From Rhynchopus sp. YZ270_cl-10 (lineage: Eukaryota), in assembly GCA_964035575.1 (NCBI GenBank), contig OZ037842.1, positions 1,426,001 to 1,490,000 of the forward strand: 64,000 nucleotides of DNA, given 5' to 3'. Below, one piece after another: positions 1 through 12,057 of the stretch. Within the stretch, counting starts at the first letter, position 1. Each line of letters opens with the position of its first letter. Under the pieces are notes generated by a model. The model saw only the letters and a program-made list of their open reading frames with translations, was not told the origin of the DNA and ran no database searches. Made by a program: the position numbers and the translations under genes.

Positions 1-1
1 A

Positions 2-2719
2 CCGGTTGTGAATATTCTCTCCTCTGAGGAAGTGGAGGTGCAGAAGGGGGTGTATAAGGCGGCAAATATCATACGACTTACTTCATTGACCAGCAGCTAT
101 CTGAATGGAGTGGTCGGAGCTGTCCACTCTGTTACAGCCAACAACGAAATCGGCATTGTCACCTTCAAAACACACCCTAATCTCCTCCTCGGCCAGCCCG
201 CTGCTGCTGAGGGCATATTCTCCCCGCTCCTGCATCCTGAAGCGGCAGATGCGTTCTTCAGCGGTGCGATGGACTCTCTCAAATCGCCGTGCATAAAAAA
301 GCTTGTCATCGATGCATCCCCGTATATCCGTCAAAATGACAAAGGCGGTGCAGTGCTCGACTACACCCGTTTGGTTTCTTTTATTCAAGAAGAGACAGCG
401 CGGAAATTGGAGACATCTGATATTGTGTTCAGCCTTTTGGGTGATTTTTACGACCATTTCGCGCATTGGCATGTAAAAAATAAGATTGTGTCGGGCTATG
501 GAATGTATGGGGTGATCGGGATGCACGGCTTTGCGGATAAGCAGACCACCATTGTGCAGAGCAAAGTACAGCATGGGGCGCTCTTCAAATTCGCGGTCAA
601 AACATTGCTCGACCCCCACCCAGGGCATGCGTTTCAGTACAAAGCAGAGGGGTTATTTCACTCCAACCAGGTAACATCTGGGAAGATTAACCTTGTTACT
701 GATGGGTTTACTAGGTGTGATTGGATTTCTACTGCGTTGTGGCAGGAACAGGCTGGGCCAGCACTTGCAAAAGAAATATATACAGCAACACAGACGACGT
801 TACAAGAAAAGAAGCTTTGTGCAAAAGAGGAGGGGGGGACCCGACCTACTGCGCTCGCATTATTAGAAAGCATCTGGCTGAATATGACAAATGAAGGTGC
901 AGCAGTGCGCAGTGCGAAAGCAACAGACGCTGCGAGCACATACGACGCAGCGAAGAAGGGCGACACCTTACCACCACAGATGTACTTCACAAATTTGCCT
1001 TCTATTGTAATCTGGCGTAACGCCTTTTTGGCGCACTCTTCATTTGTTCGGTCGACCTCTTATGCTGGATCATCATGGTTTGATGCTTTACCCGAAGCTG
1101 TTACCTCCACAAACCCAAAAGATGCGTCAGAAACGAAAGTCTGTATCCCATTCCAACCCAAAGTTTTGGGAAATCCTGACGGATTTTTTGCACGCCTTTT
1201 CGCTCCAAAGGATGCGTCGAAAGGGCAGATTCCTCGCTTTTCTAATGCAACGGTTGCGGTCATGGAAGGATGCGATCAACAAGAAAAAAACGTAGACAAA
1301 AAGAATGTCCGCCTTGTGGGTGTAGGGGTATACATAAACAACCTAGGTAACGTAGACATGAAGAGTGGTTCTTTTTATGTGGACTACAATTTGTATTTGC
1401 ATCAGAGCAAGCAGCGGTATCTTAGCATTGCTGATGCGGAGAGCCAACTCTCGGAGGGACCTTCCTGCAGCCAAAAGGGCAGCACCGCACAACCCTGCGA
1501 ATGCCCCATCCTCCAAGAAAACCAATGGGAAAACTACATACCCCCTACTACAAAGGACCTAAGTGACCACCTTAACCTTGTTAACGTCGACCGCGTCAAA
1601 ATCTTCACCAAAGTACTCCGAGACGTCGACGAAACCGGACGAGACAGCAGCACCTCAGGGTTAGAACAGCTTGTAGATTTCTACCGTGTCCAGGCTGTCC
1701 ACTACTTTACCCCGAATCTCCGAAACTGGCCAATTGATACGCAATCCCTCAATATCCTGTTAGAGGATATGCAGGAATCGAACACCGAAAACACCACCCT
1801 CCGATTCTGCCATTTGGGGCAGTACAGCGGCTTTTCCCCTACGGCACGCTATTTTCCGGGGATGGAGCTTTCGGTTGGTGCGAGACCGTGGGAGGCGGAG
1901 ATTACGACTTCGTGCTGGCCTTCTTTGAAATATCCTGATGCCTATGTTGAGGGTCAATGCGAAGATCCAGGAAGGGATGTACGATTTCCGGTGAGTGAGT
2001 ATAGTAATGCAGATCTGACCTGCAGCTGTCTGGGAGGGAGGAAGAGCTCCTCAAGGTACTCCTTTTCGTTGACCTTCGAACGGCCCCCGGTGCAGTCCTT
2101 TATGAAAGCATTTCTCCCCGCCATCTTCATCGTTGTCGTCAACCTCGGTGTTTATTTTCTCTACCCGAAGGTCTTCGAAACCCGTCTAGGGGTCTGTGGA
2201 AGCTCTCTCATCTCCGGAGTGATGTATCATGTTTCTCTCACGTCATATACACCAGACCACACCGTAATGACCTGGGCAGACCGATTCATGGTTGCAGTCT
2301 ACTTTAATAACGTAATGGCATTTATTTTGGTTTTTTTGCAAACAGTGTTGTATCAGGGTGGGTACTCGAAGATCGCGTGGTGGTGTTTTAAATTGACGAG
2401 GGTGTGGGGTCCGTTGGCAGCGGTGGTGTCGTTTTTGGGGGTAGCAAAGTTTGACACTATGGGGCAGGTGGTGATATGGATTGTAGTGTCATCAGGACTG
2501 CTGTTTCTTTTGTGTTGTTGTGCGTTGTTGCCCTGTATCGATGCGATGGCTCCATATTTCCTAAAAAAGATGAAAACCATCGACAAAGCGTCGCACCTCA
2601 AAAGGAACCTCCGAAGAGAAACCGAACGCCAATACCGTCAAGACCCAACTTCCGATGCTAACCTTCTTGACGAAGAAGACGAAGAAGAATTGTCTGGACT
2701 TCGTGAGGACAGCTCTTAA
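2..2719 (+). CDS. Pentameric ligand-gated ion channel subunit (Cys-less, Pro-loop type) with a long N-terminal extension; 5' truncated by window edge
   Basis: Frame is open from position 2. ECD beta1-2 motif VGVGVYINNLGNVDMKSGSFYVDYNL, Pro-loop NLRNWPIDTQSL (F/YPxD-like), pre-M1 FER then M1 FMKAFLPAIFIVVVNLGVYFL, M2 ETRLGVCGSSLISGVMYH, M2-M3 loop TP..MTWAD, M3, M4 and one extra hydrophobic segment. Confidence 0.8.
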   Translation, partial: PVVNILSSEEVEVQKGVYKAANIIRLTSLTSSYLNGVVGAVHSVTANNEIGIVTFKTHPNLLLGQPAAAEGIFSPLLHPEAADAFFSGAMDSLKSPCIKKLVIDASPYIRQNDKGGAVLDYTRLVSFIQEETARKLETSDIVFSLLGDFYDHFAHWHVKNKIVSGYGMYGVIGMHGFADKQTTIVQSKVQHGALFKFAVKTLLDPHPGHAFQYKAEGLFHSNQVTSGKINLVTDGFTRCDWISTALWQEQAGPALAKEIYTATQTTLQEKKLCAKEEGGTRPTALALLESIWLNMTNEGAAVRSAKATDAASTYDAAKKGDTLPPQMYFTNLPSIVIWRNAFLAHSSFVRSTSYAGSSWFDALPEAVTSTNPKDASETKVCIPFQPKVLGNPDGFFARLFAPKDASKGQIPRFSNATVAVMEGCDQQEKNVDKKNVRLVGVGVYINNLGNVDMKSGSFYVDYNLYLHQSKQRYLSIADAESQLSEGPSCSQKGSTAQPCECPILQENQWENYIPPTTKDLSDHLNLVNVDRVKIFTKVLRDVDETGRDSSTSGLEQLVDFYRVQAVHYFTPNLRNWPIDTQSLNILLEDMQESNTENTTLRFCHLGQYSGFSPTARYFPGMELSVGARPWEAEITTSCWPSLKYPDAYVEGQCEDPGRDVRFPVSEYSNADLTCSCLGGRKSSSRYSFSLTFERPPVQSFMKAFLPAIFIVVVNLGVYFLYPKVFETRLGVCGSSLISGVMYHVSLTSYTPDHTVMTWADRFMVAVYFNNVMAFILVFLQTVLYQGGYSKIAWWCFKLTRVWGPLAAVVSFLGVAKFDTMGQVVIWIVVSSGLLFLLCCCALLPCIDAMAPYFLKKMKTIDKASHLKRNLRRETERQYRQDPTSDANLLDEEDEEELSGLREDSS

Positions 2720-3576
2720 GAAAAGAGAGAGAGAGAGGGAACCTTCAAGAGGAGTGGAGATGGGAGGGGAAAAGGGATGGGATGGGATAAGGGGGGGTGT
2801 TCGAACGGAAAAATGTTGGGGGTTTTTCGTTGAGTGATATTAATAAAACAAACTGTAATCTCTAACCCGAATCTCTTTTTTTTTTAACAGGGGTGTTGTC
2901 TGTATTTCCTCCGGCCGGAGGGGTATGCGGGACTATTCTGTGTTGTCCTCAGGGAGGTTGAAAACGTTGCACCTAAATGCAAAAGTCAAACCCTGTCTAT
3001 CCTTCTTGTACTGAGGAAAGGGTTTCGCTTACTGGAGAGAGAGCAAGGTACAGGAAGGGTTTGACCGTGGGAAAAAAAAACAGGAGAAGGGTTAGTTTGG
3101 TTGATGTACATTACCATCCCACGTCATCACGTTTTGCGAAAAGTTAGACCCTGTCTAGGGTATATAAATGCTGGGCCAGTGGCTTTCCCCCAAGCTATGA
3201 AGGGTGTTTGCACTTCGGGGCACAAAAACAGCGATCAATTCGTCAGGCCAAGCGGAAGGTGGGTGGGGCGGTCTGTGTACCGCCCTCCCCCCCGTTCACA
3301 CTATTGTACGGACAAAGCTGTCAGGTGTCCTTTTACGCCTTCTGTTGTTGGCCAGGGTACTTTGTGCTTTCATTCAGATGGATGGCATCATAGACTGCAC
3401 GCAAATAGCGTGCCGACACTCCACTGGAGTGTTCGTGTGTGGAGAAATGATGTCTTCGAGCTTCGAGCGGTGTGCAGCTCGAGGAGTTGTTGCGCTGCTC
3501 CGCTGGTGCATGTGTGTTCTTCGTCCTCTCTCGTTGCAACCTCCTCACAGAAGCAGCAACAACACACAAACACACA

Positions 3577-5262
3577 ATGTCGAAGAAGCGGCACGCAGAC
3601 AGCACGCAGGATGAGAACCCACCAAAGAGAAGACATCTTTCTGCAGACGAGGTCTTGGTGGAGGCTGTCAGTACTGTCAATACGACTGCTGTGCGGGCGG
3701 TCCTTGGGGAAAGGCCACACAGAAAAACAATGGCCTTCGATGTTGTGCGAGAGGCATGCAGAAGGAACGATGATGAAAACCTGGTACTGCTTCTTCCGTA
3801 TGTTGAGACAACGCAGATGGGCTTTGGGATCCTGCTGAGTGAGTGTGTCCACGCAGACCACGTTGCGTACACGGAGGTACTCTTGCAGCATTGGAAGTGC
3901 GTCTGCAAGAACACAGCGTTTGTCCCGCACAAGTCCGAGCACAGCGCGTTAGAGTTTGCCTGTCCGGCCATGTGGTCAGACCCTGCAGTGTGTCGTGTCT
4001 TGATTGATGCAGGGGCAGACTTGCATACAAAAAACGAGAAGGAACAGTTGCCTCTGCACTATGCTTGCGCTTCAGGAGCACTTGACGTTGTGAAGATGTT
4101 GGTGGTTGCAGCAGGTGCGGGAACACAGAAGTTCAAAGTCGCAGATGACGAAGGGGAGACATGTCTTTCCTATGCGGCAAAATTTGGAAACACCGAGACT
4201 GTTCGCTATCTTGTGAGCTTGCCAGAGGTGGATGTGAATTACAAGGTTGGCGACTACGCTGTGTTGCACTCAACGGTGTGTCAAAAAGAGGCAACAGACG
4301 TGGTGCAGGTGCTGATTGATGGAGGTGCAGACGTCAACATACTGAACAACGACGGATATTCGCTTCTGCACTATGCTTGTCAACATGGCTCACTCGAAAG
4401 TGTGAAGATGTTGGTCAGTGCAGGTGCGGGAGTGCGTGTCACAAATGACGAAGGGAAAACGTGTCTTCACACTGTGGCAGAAGCTGGACGCACCGAGATT
4501 GTGCGCTATCTTGTGAGCTTGCCACATGTCGATGTGAATCAAGACACTGTTGAAAGCGACACTGCGTTGCACCTTGCGGTGCTGCATGTGAAACCAGACG
4601 TAGTGCAGGTGCTGATTGATGCAGGTGCAGACATCAACATACAGGACAGCGAGGGACGTTCGCCTCTGCACACTGCTTGCGAATTAGGAACACTTGACAT
4701 GGTGAAGATGTTGGTCAGAGCAGGTGCGGGAGTGCGTGCTACAGATAACGAAGGATGGACGTGTTTTCAGCTTGCAGCATGTCGTGGACACACCGAGACT
4801 GTGCGTTATCTTGTGTGCTTGCCAGAGGTGGATGTGAACCACGGAGATGCTGGCGACCATACTGCGTTGCACTTAGCGGCGGTGGGAACGCACACAGACG
4901 CGGTGCAGGTGCTGATTGATGCAGGTGCAGACGTCAACATACTGAACAACGACGGATATTCGCTTCTGCACTATGCTTGTGAATATGGAGCACTCGAAAT
5001 TGTGAAGATGTTGGTCAGAGCAGGTGCGGGAGTGCGTGCCACAGACAATAATGGATGCACGTGTCTTATCACTGCGGCATTTTTTGGACACACCGAGACT
5101 GTGCGCTATCTTGTGGGCTTGCCAGAGGTGGAACTGAATCACCGAGACACTGAAAAGAACTACACTGCGTTGCAGTATGCGGTGGAGGAAAAACACAATG
5201 ACGTTACACAGGTGTTGATTGATGCACTGTATGTTGCTATTGGAGTTTGCGGCATGCTCTAA
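3577..5262 (+). CDS. Ankyrin repeat protein
   Basis: Repeated (P/L)LHxA..G....VKMLV.AGA and TALHxA......VVQVLIDAGADVN motifs; ATG 3577 follows an A/C-rich leader. Confidence 0.92.
   Translation: MSKKRHADSTQDENPPKRRHLSADEVLVEAVSTVNTTAVRAVLGERPHRKTMAFDVVREACRRNDDENLVLLLPYVETTQMGFGILLSECVHADHVAYTEVLLQHWKCVCKNTAFVPHKSEHSALEFACPAMWSDPAVCRVLIDAGADLHTKNEKEQLPLHYACASGALDVVKMLVVAAGAGTQKFKVADDEGETCLSYAAKFGNTETVRYLVSLPEVDVNYKVGDYAVLHSTVCQKEATDVVQVLIDGGADVNILNNDGYSLLHYACQHGSLESVKMLVSAGAGVRVTNDEGKTCLHTVAEAGRTEIVRYLVSLPHVDVNQDTVESDTALHLAVLHVKPDVVQVLIDAGADINIQDSEGRSPLHTACELGTLDMVKMLVRAGAGVRATDNEGWTCFQLAACRGHTETVRYLVCLPEVDVNHGDAGDHTALHLAAVGTHTDAVQVLIDAGADVNILNNDGYSLLHYACEYGALEIVKMLVRAGAGVRATDNNGCTCLITAAFFGHTETVRYLVGLPEVELNHRDTEKNYTALQYAVEEKHNDVTQVLIDALYVAIGVCGML
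3990..5225 (+). repeat. Intragenic ~300-bp tandem repeat (three ANK repeats per unit, about 4 units)
   Basis: caggtgctgattgatg(g/c)aggtgcagac recurs near 4306, 4606 and 4906, with diverged copies near 4000 and 5209. Confidence 0.9.
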
Positions 5263-5367
5263 AAAAGGGTTTTTTTTCTTTTTCTTTTTCTTTTTCTTTT
5301 CTCCTCTCTCTTCCACAGTTTTTTTTGCTTCAACGTACAAAACAGCAAAAAAAAATATCTAAAAAAA

Positions 5368-6657
5368 ATGGTCTCCGGCATTCTTCGAGTGGACAACGAA
5401 GAGAAATGGTGTGAGGTTGTTGACGGAAGGTTCAGGGTTTTTTCGAAGGCACCTGAGAAGGAGGTGCACGCCTCTGACATGAAACTCCAGAGTTCGACTT
5501 CAGCGTTCACCTTGGATGGGATGTGGGTTGACACCCCTTGCGCTGAGACTGCTGCTGCGTGGACGGATGCGTTGCGCAATGCGAGCCTCTCACGCGAAGA
5601 CGACCTCCTACGCAGAGAACGCGACCTTGCACACCGCGAGGCGAACCTCCTCTGGAGAGAACACCATGCCACTCACTTTCCCATCACCGCACCACTCCGC
5701 TCACCTTCTCCACCTTCCCCACCTTCTCCACGGCCAAACGTCTACGAAGGGGTCTTAAACGTTGGATACGACATCGCCAGCGGTGTGGAAGAGATCTGTT
5801 CTTCCGAAGAGGATGAAATGAATGACGACCAGCTAGACGAAGAAGGTTCGAGCAGCCGTGGAGCGTCCTCCTCGGCACCCTGCACCCCACCACCCATGCG
5901 GTGTGATGTGATGCCAACCCCACCGCGGCTGGTGTTGGAAGTGCCCGGGAAGAGTGTCGCATTGTTTCCCGATGAAACGAATCGGTTGGTGTTGGAGATT
6001 AATGGTCAGGATATGGGGCATCTGACGTGGCTGGGTTACGATGCAGGCCGCCGTTGGGTGACAACCGGAACGGAACGTTCTCGCTCAGGCATGGCGCTTC
6101 CCGAAGGTGCAGAAGGAGTCCAGATGCTCTCCCTTCTCGCAGCAGCAGCGCGTGCAGCAGATGTTGACCACAACCTCCCTATGAAAGGCGTCTTCCGCGT
6201 ATCCCAGCGTGTCAAAACATTGCGTCCACTCCGTGCACCAAACGGCCTGCTCCCAACAGGCACAATAGCGCATGTGGTTTCCGTCTCGGGTGATACCATT
6301 TCCATTGAGACAGGAAAGACAACAATTGCAGTGAACGGAGCATCGATTGAAGGGATTGGTGAGGTCAGAACAGAGTTTGCGGCTGACAAAAAGGTATGTT
6401 GTTTGAATGGTTTTTTCAGTTCTTTTGGAATTGAGTTTCCAGACGATCTTTCACCTAAGGGCAACACTACAGAGCTACACTAACGAGATTTTGGAATTAT
6501 GGGGTGATGCTGAGGCACACACACACACACAAAACCACCAAAAAATCCACAGCTCTCTGAGTACGTCAACGAGCAGATGAACGACGATTCGCAGAGAGAC
6601 CTTGCCGACCTCGACGGCGAGCTCGAGGCGTTGCTCGGGTTTGCTGAGGTGCTCTGA
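5368..6657 (+). CDS. Hypothetical protein with N-terminal PH-like region; exons 5368-6393 and 6553-6657
   Basis: PH-like C-terminal helix (TAAAWTDAL). Phase-0 intron GTATGT 6394 to CACAG 6552 joins in frame to LSEYVNEQ...GFAEVL*. Confidence 0.65.
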
Positions 6658-8133
6658 GGACTCCATTTTTACAAAGAGCTTCCCTTGCCTCTTTGCTTTG
6701 GCCCCTTTAGGCTGAAATGTACACTTTTTTTTTGTGTCAAAATATTGTCAAGCAAAACATAAAACAAAACTATTTTTGTGTCAAAAAACAACAAACCAAA
6801 ACACTTAGATTCCCCCCCCTCCAATACCCGTTCTGAATACGTAGAATTATTATTATTATTTTCAAACTTCTCTTTTAAGAAACGTGGTGAGACATTAGCG
6901 ACCCTCTCTAAGGAGATGTACTCCATGCTTCCATTGTTCTTTTCTAGGTGACTAAGCGCGAGAGGCTTAGGGTCATCTTAGAATTCGTTTTTTGTTTTTT
7001 TTTTGTGCTTTCATCCGGGGCTGGCAGCGTATGTGGGTCAGTCGGAGGTGTCTGCATTGATAAACTTTGCTTTTTGTTGTTTGGACGAGAGATCCAGAAG
7101 GTAGACTACCGTAAATGTAAATATGTCGGACCGTATTAATGTTGGAACGAACGAAGCGTTTTTTGAGCAGTTCCAACATTATTACATTTACGGTATGCTG
7201 CTGTGCATTTATTCATTCATTATTGGCATCGAATCAGTCTGAGGTGCCTGCATGAACATCTATTCTCATTGTGCATCAGTTGTCGGTACCTGCCTAAGAA
7301 GGTCTGTAAAGTATGCATTCAGGGTCTCTTCTTCCCCTATAAAGGGTAACTAATCAGGAGAGGCTTAGTAATCTTACAAAACCCACTATTTTCCTTTTAT
7401 TTTTTTTTTGCTCTGATCCCGTTTTCTACCTCTTGGAGAGGGAGAAAAAACTGGGGTTTTCAAAGCAATTTTTTTTTGCAAAGAAAAGGTAAAAAAGAAG
7501 AAATGTTGTGAGATTTTGCAGCTTTGCTATTCCCTTCTCACTCCCCACAATGCCTTTTGAGAAGACAACCCTACCTGGAATAAACGAAACGAGCTTTTTT
7601 TTTCTTCGTTTAGCCTCTCTCTCATTTCCTGTGTTTCTGTGTACCATTTTTTTTTTTTTTTTTTTGGAAACTTGGTTGTATTAGTGTAGCCACCCTAGAG
7701 TGTGCTCCACTATTTTTTTTTTTTTTTTTTTGTAGCCTTTGAAATATGTGACCTGACACCCTTCACATTTTTTCTGCCGGAAAATTACCAGAGCAGGACT
7801 TCTAGAACATTCATAATAAAAAAGCGTATTTTTGTTTTTATTCCTACGAAGCTTGCTTTAAAGGAGAAATAGAATTACCGGTACGGTCGCCAATCATCCC
7901 TCAAACAGGAGGATTTGTGCAATCAACGAAAACAACTTTACTTACCTACCGATCCTACTATTTCTTGTTTCATTGTCTCTCCACCCCACCTCACCCAACA
8001 CCTCACCTACCGACACCACCCCACAAGAGGGTGCACTGCCACTGTTGGGACACATCCACACAACGCCCTCCTCCCCCCCCGGAGTCTCTCCTTGAATTCT
8101 TTACTCCTTTTCCTCTTTTTTTTCTTTTTAACA

Positions 8134-10711
8134 ATGGCCGAGGTACTGCCGCCGATCGGCGCAGTTGTGATTGCGGTGGATCTGGTGTCGCAGGCGTCGC
8201 TGAACGGTCAGCGTGGGAAGGTTCTTAGCCACCAGGTGCCCGCGAACCCTGCTGGCATTTCGTGCGCTGTGGTGCAGTTCGATGGCCAGCCGCCACTGGC
8301 GCTGAAAGCGAAGAACCTGCAGGTGGCAGGCGCAGAACGGCGCTTTGCCATTGGCGACATGATCGAGGCGCACAGCCTCAAGAACAACGTTGCGCTCAAC
8401 GGCGTAGCAGGAAAGGTCCTCACCGTTGAGGAGTCCAACGGCACTGCCGTGTACACCATCGAGTTCCCCCCGCCGCACAGCGTTGTTGCTTTGGGCGCGA
8501 AGAACGCAAGAGAAGCGCAAAAGCCTGGTGCCGCTCGCTATCCCGTTGACGCGCAGGTCAGAGCGCATGGGCTTGTCTCACAGACCGCCGTGAACGGCCA
8601 GGTTGGCCGTGTCATCCACGTCCAGGGCCCCGACACTGTTGTCTGTAAATTCCCGCCACCACACGGAACGCTTGCACTCAAGATGAAGAACCTTGAGGTG
8701 TTCACTGGAGATGCGGTTCCCGTCCCTGCCCCTGCGGCTGCACCAGCAGCACCCCTTGGCGCTGCTCCCGCTGCCGCTGCCGCCCCTGCTCCTGCAGCAG
8801 CTGCGGCAACACCTGCAGCAACAGGCGACACACAGGCACAACAACAATTCCCTGTTGCATCTGAGGTTGAAGCACAGGGCATCCAATCTCGCCCAGACAT
8901 GAACGGCGCCCAGGGCACCGTCATGGGACACCGCGTCGGCCCGGACGGCAACATGCAGGTCATCGTACGCTTCCAGGTGCATGGAACGGTTGCCCTGCTT
9001 CGCTCGAATTTGAAAGCACTATCGACCAACACATTGGCGCAGGAGTTCCCTGTGGGGACTATGGTGCGCGCACACTCGATGCAGCACAATGTTTCTTTGG
9101 AGGGGGCTGTTGGGCGGGTGATATCATGTGACGAGCAGGCGGGGAAGGTTATGGTGTTGTTTTCGCATAACTTTGGGATGGTGTCGCTGAAGCGGTCGAA
9201 CTGCCAACGTGCGGATGAGACTGTTGCGGTGTCGGACCCACGGAAGGAGGATATGCAGAAGGCGCTCAACAGCCTGCGTGCGCCGCAGGTGCCGCCCGTC
9301 ATCCAGGAGGGCTTCCTCAACAAGAAGACGCCAGCCATGGGACGCGAGTACGACCGCAGATGGTTCGTGCTGCGTGGCAACAACCTTATCTACTACGAAG
9401 AGAAAGGCCGCATCCCCCTCTCCGCACAGCACGCAGTCCAAGAGGCACCTAACGACACATTCACAGTCAACGGACCCGGCATGAGCCGTACATTCGAGCT
9501 TAAGGTATGGCTTTTATTTGGAAAATGGAAAAGATTTTTTATGTACATACGACCCTATAACAGGCCGACACAATCGCAGCAAAGCTTTCCTGGGTTGGCG
9601 CGATTGACAGAGTTGTGAAGGGAACCACAGAGGTTGCGGTATGCAAAATTGTGCCGTAGAAGGCTGAAAATATAAAAATACACCCACAGAACTGCATGCA
9701 GCAGCTTGACGCCCTTGAGTCCTCGGCACGCTACACTGTTGAGAGCGACTTTGCCTTCACCTACCCTCTCCCCCCCAAGGGCGGCCCCAAGCCCAACGCT
9801 GCGGAGCCCTCCTCCGACGCAGCAGCGCCTGCAGCACCTGCAGGCGGTGCAATGAAGGACCTTGTGGCCGAGCTTGAGTCGCAGGTTGCCCAGCTCCGCG
9901 AACGCGCCACTATGGCAGAAGAGAGCAAAGATGCCGTCACGCAGGCACTCCGCGAGGCTCAGGTATGACACGCTTTCAATATTTTTTGGAGTAATGGTGT
10001 TCCCGAAAATCCAGGGACCTGTCAATATTGGGGTGTGTCATTTTTTGATTTTTACTGGGTCTGGGTCAAGGACATCAATATCGGCACTTTCGGGAACACC
10101 AAGTAAGCATAAACTTCTCTTTTTAATGTCGTACGAGAGACTTATCACCACCCTTTTTTTTTCAGGACATCCAAAACGGTGCCTCTGCCTCCCCTGAGCT
10201 GCAGCTTGAAAACACATCTTTGAAGGCGCGTATTGCGGAGCTTGAGTCTAGCGTGGCTGCTGAGCAGACCCGTGCACAGGAGGCTGCAGCACGCGCGGCT
10301 TCGGAGCACGACGCGGCGATGGCAGCCCTGCGGCAGCAGCTTGATGCTGCACGGGCAGCGCCTGTGGCAGCAGCAGTGGTGGCAACCCCAACACCGACAC
10401 CTGCTGCGGCGGTGGTCGAGAATGTGCATGACGCTGTGCCCGCTGCGAACGATGAGGACCCTGTGACTGTTATCCGCCAGGAGCCTCCGGCTGCAGTGGT
10501 GCCCGAGGTGGCTGCGCCTGTGGCAGCACCAGTTCCAGTTCCAGAGCCGGTGCCAGCAGCAGCACCCATGGAGTTCGAAATGGTGGCAGATGACGACGAA
10601 GTTGTGGCGCCCGTAAACGAGGCCACCCCAGAGGCTCTCCCCGTCCCTGTTGTCGCAGACGAAGCCGCGCCAGCGCCGGCAGAGGATGATATGTTCTTGT
10701 TGGCGGACTAA
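8134..10711 (+). CDS. Protein with five SH3/KOW-like repeats, a PH domain and a coiled coil; exons 8134-9504, 9564-9638, 9690-9962, 10166-10711
   Basis: Five copies of P.G..V.A..L.....(L/M)NG..G.V...F....ALK..NL; PH motif IQEGFLNKK...RRWFVLRGNNLIYY completed by exon 2 (ADTIAAKLSWVGAI). Three GT-AG introns keep the frame and link ORFs 7915, 9696 and 10220. Confidence 0.85.
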
Positions 10712-11660
10712 AGCGAAAAAAAGATTCTGTCAAAAATATTGGTTTCATCCACAACAAAAAAAAGATGTCCTTCAGGGAGACCTGATTGTCGATACAAAAT
10801 GGGCGAAAACAAAGATTTTTTTTTTGAAGGGAAAAAAAGGCAGATGGTTAAGCTACTGATAGGGGCGTCCTTTAGTCTGTTTTTCTTTTTAGTGTCGGCA
10901 TCTTAGGGTGTTTGGCGCGAATCAAACTTTTATTTTTGCTTTTTTTTTGTTCAGCGCCGGAGATATTTTTGCAGGCGATGGGGAGGGGTGCGGTCTTTTT
11001 GATTTTTTTTTTTACATCCCTTCACGTTTTTTTGGTTGTTGGTATATTATTTTTTTGTGGTTATGTGTTGTTTGTTAGGCTTTGGTTTCCCTCCCTTCCC
11101 ACTCAGAAACGTTTATCCCCTCCTATTCCCACCACGCCACCTCCCAGTATTGAAGAGAGAACGAAAGAAACAAAAAAAATCCCAATTTGCAAACAAAAAA
11201 AAAACAAAAACAAAAGATCTAGGCCATGCAAGGCAGAGGTTTGTTGGTGGAAAATAGTTATTCGACCAAAAACGGGTTACCTTCCCCCCATTTATCTCCC
11301 CTTTTTTCTTGTAGCTTACATGACTCCAGAAGAGTCTGGAGAGGGTACCATGTAGATACTTGAATGTTGTGCACAGAGCTTCCTGGAGTGTCAGTTGTCT
11401 TACGGTCTTTTTGTGGATGTGCGTGCTTTTTTTTCTTTTCCTGCTCAAAACAAAATAGGGGGAACTCTGAAAAGATAGTGAAAAACCGTCTGAATGGCAG
11501 TTACACAACAGATCATTGTTCTTTTTTGGGGGCACAGTCTGTTTGCCTGACCGTACAAAAAAAAAAAAAGAAAAAAAATATCGAGTGCAGATTCGCCTTG
11601 GGGGTGAATACTGGAAGGACCTACTTCGGTAGGCGATTGATCGATAAAAAAAACTGACTA

Positions 11661-12057
11661 CCGTAATTGTAAAAATGTTGGGCCGTAAAAATGTTGGGAC
11701 AGCCCAAAAAAGGCTCGCTCGTCCCAACATTTTTACGGCCCAACATTTTTTGGGCTACTTTGGCTTGAGCCTATTTGTCTTAGCGTTTTTTTTTTTTTTT
11801 TTTTTTTTTTATTTGTTGTTGAAAACTTTGACACGTGCCAGTACGTTCAACCGCCTACTCGCTAGGTAATCGTAAAAAAAAAAAAAAGCTAAGACAAATC
11901 TTCCCTAACAAAATCTACGTAAAAATTCCCTAACGTAAATATGTTGGGCCGTAAAAATGTTGGGACGGGAATTTTTCGCCCAGCTGTCCCAACATTTTTA
12001 CGGCCCAACATTTTTACGTTTCAACTTTTTTACGTCCCAATATTTTTACAATTACGG
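11661..12057. mobile_element. MITE, Tc1/mariner/pogo-like (TA TSD)
   Basis: TIRs ccgtaattgtaaaaat / atttttacaattacgg, flanked by TA on both sides; internal inverted pairs of gtaaaaatgttggg sub-repeats. Confidence 0.85.
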
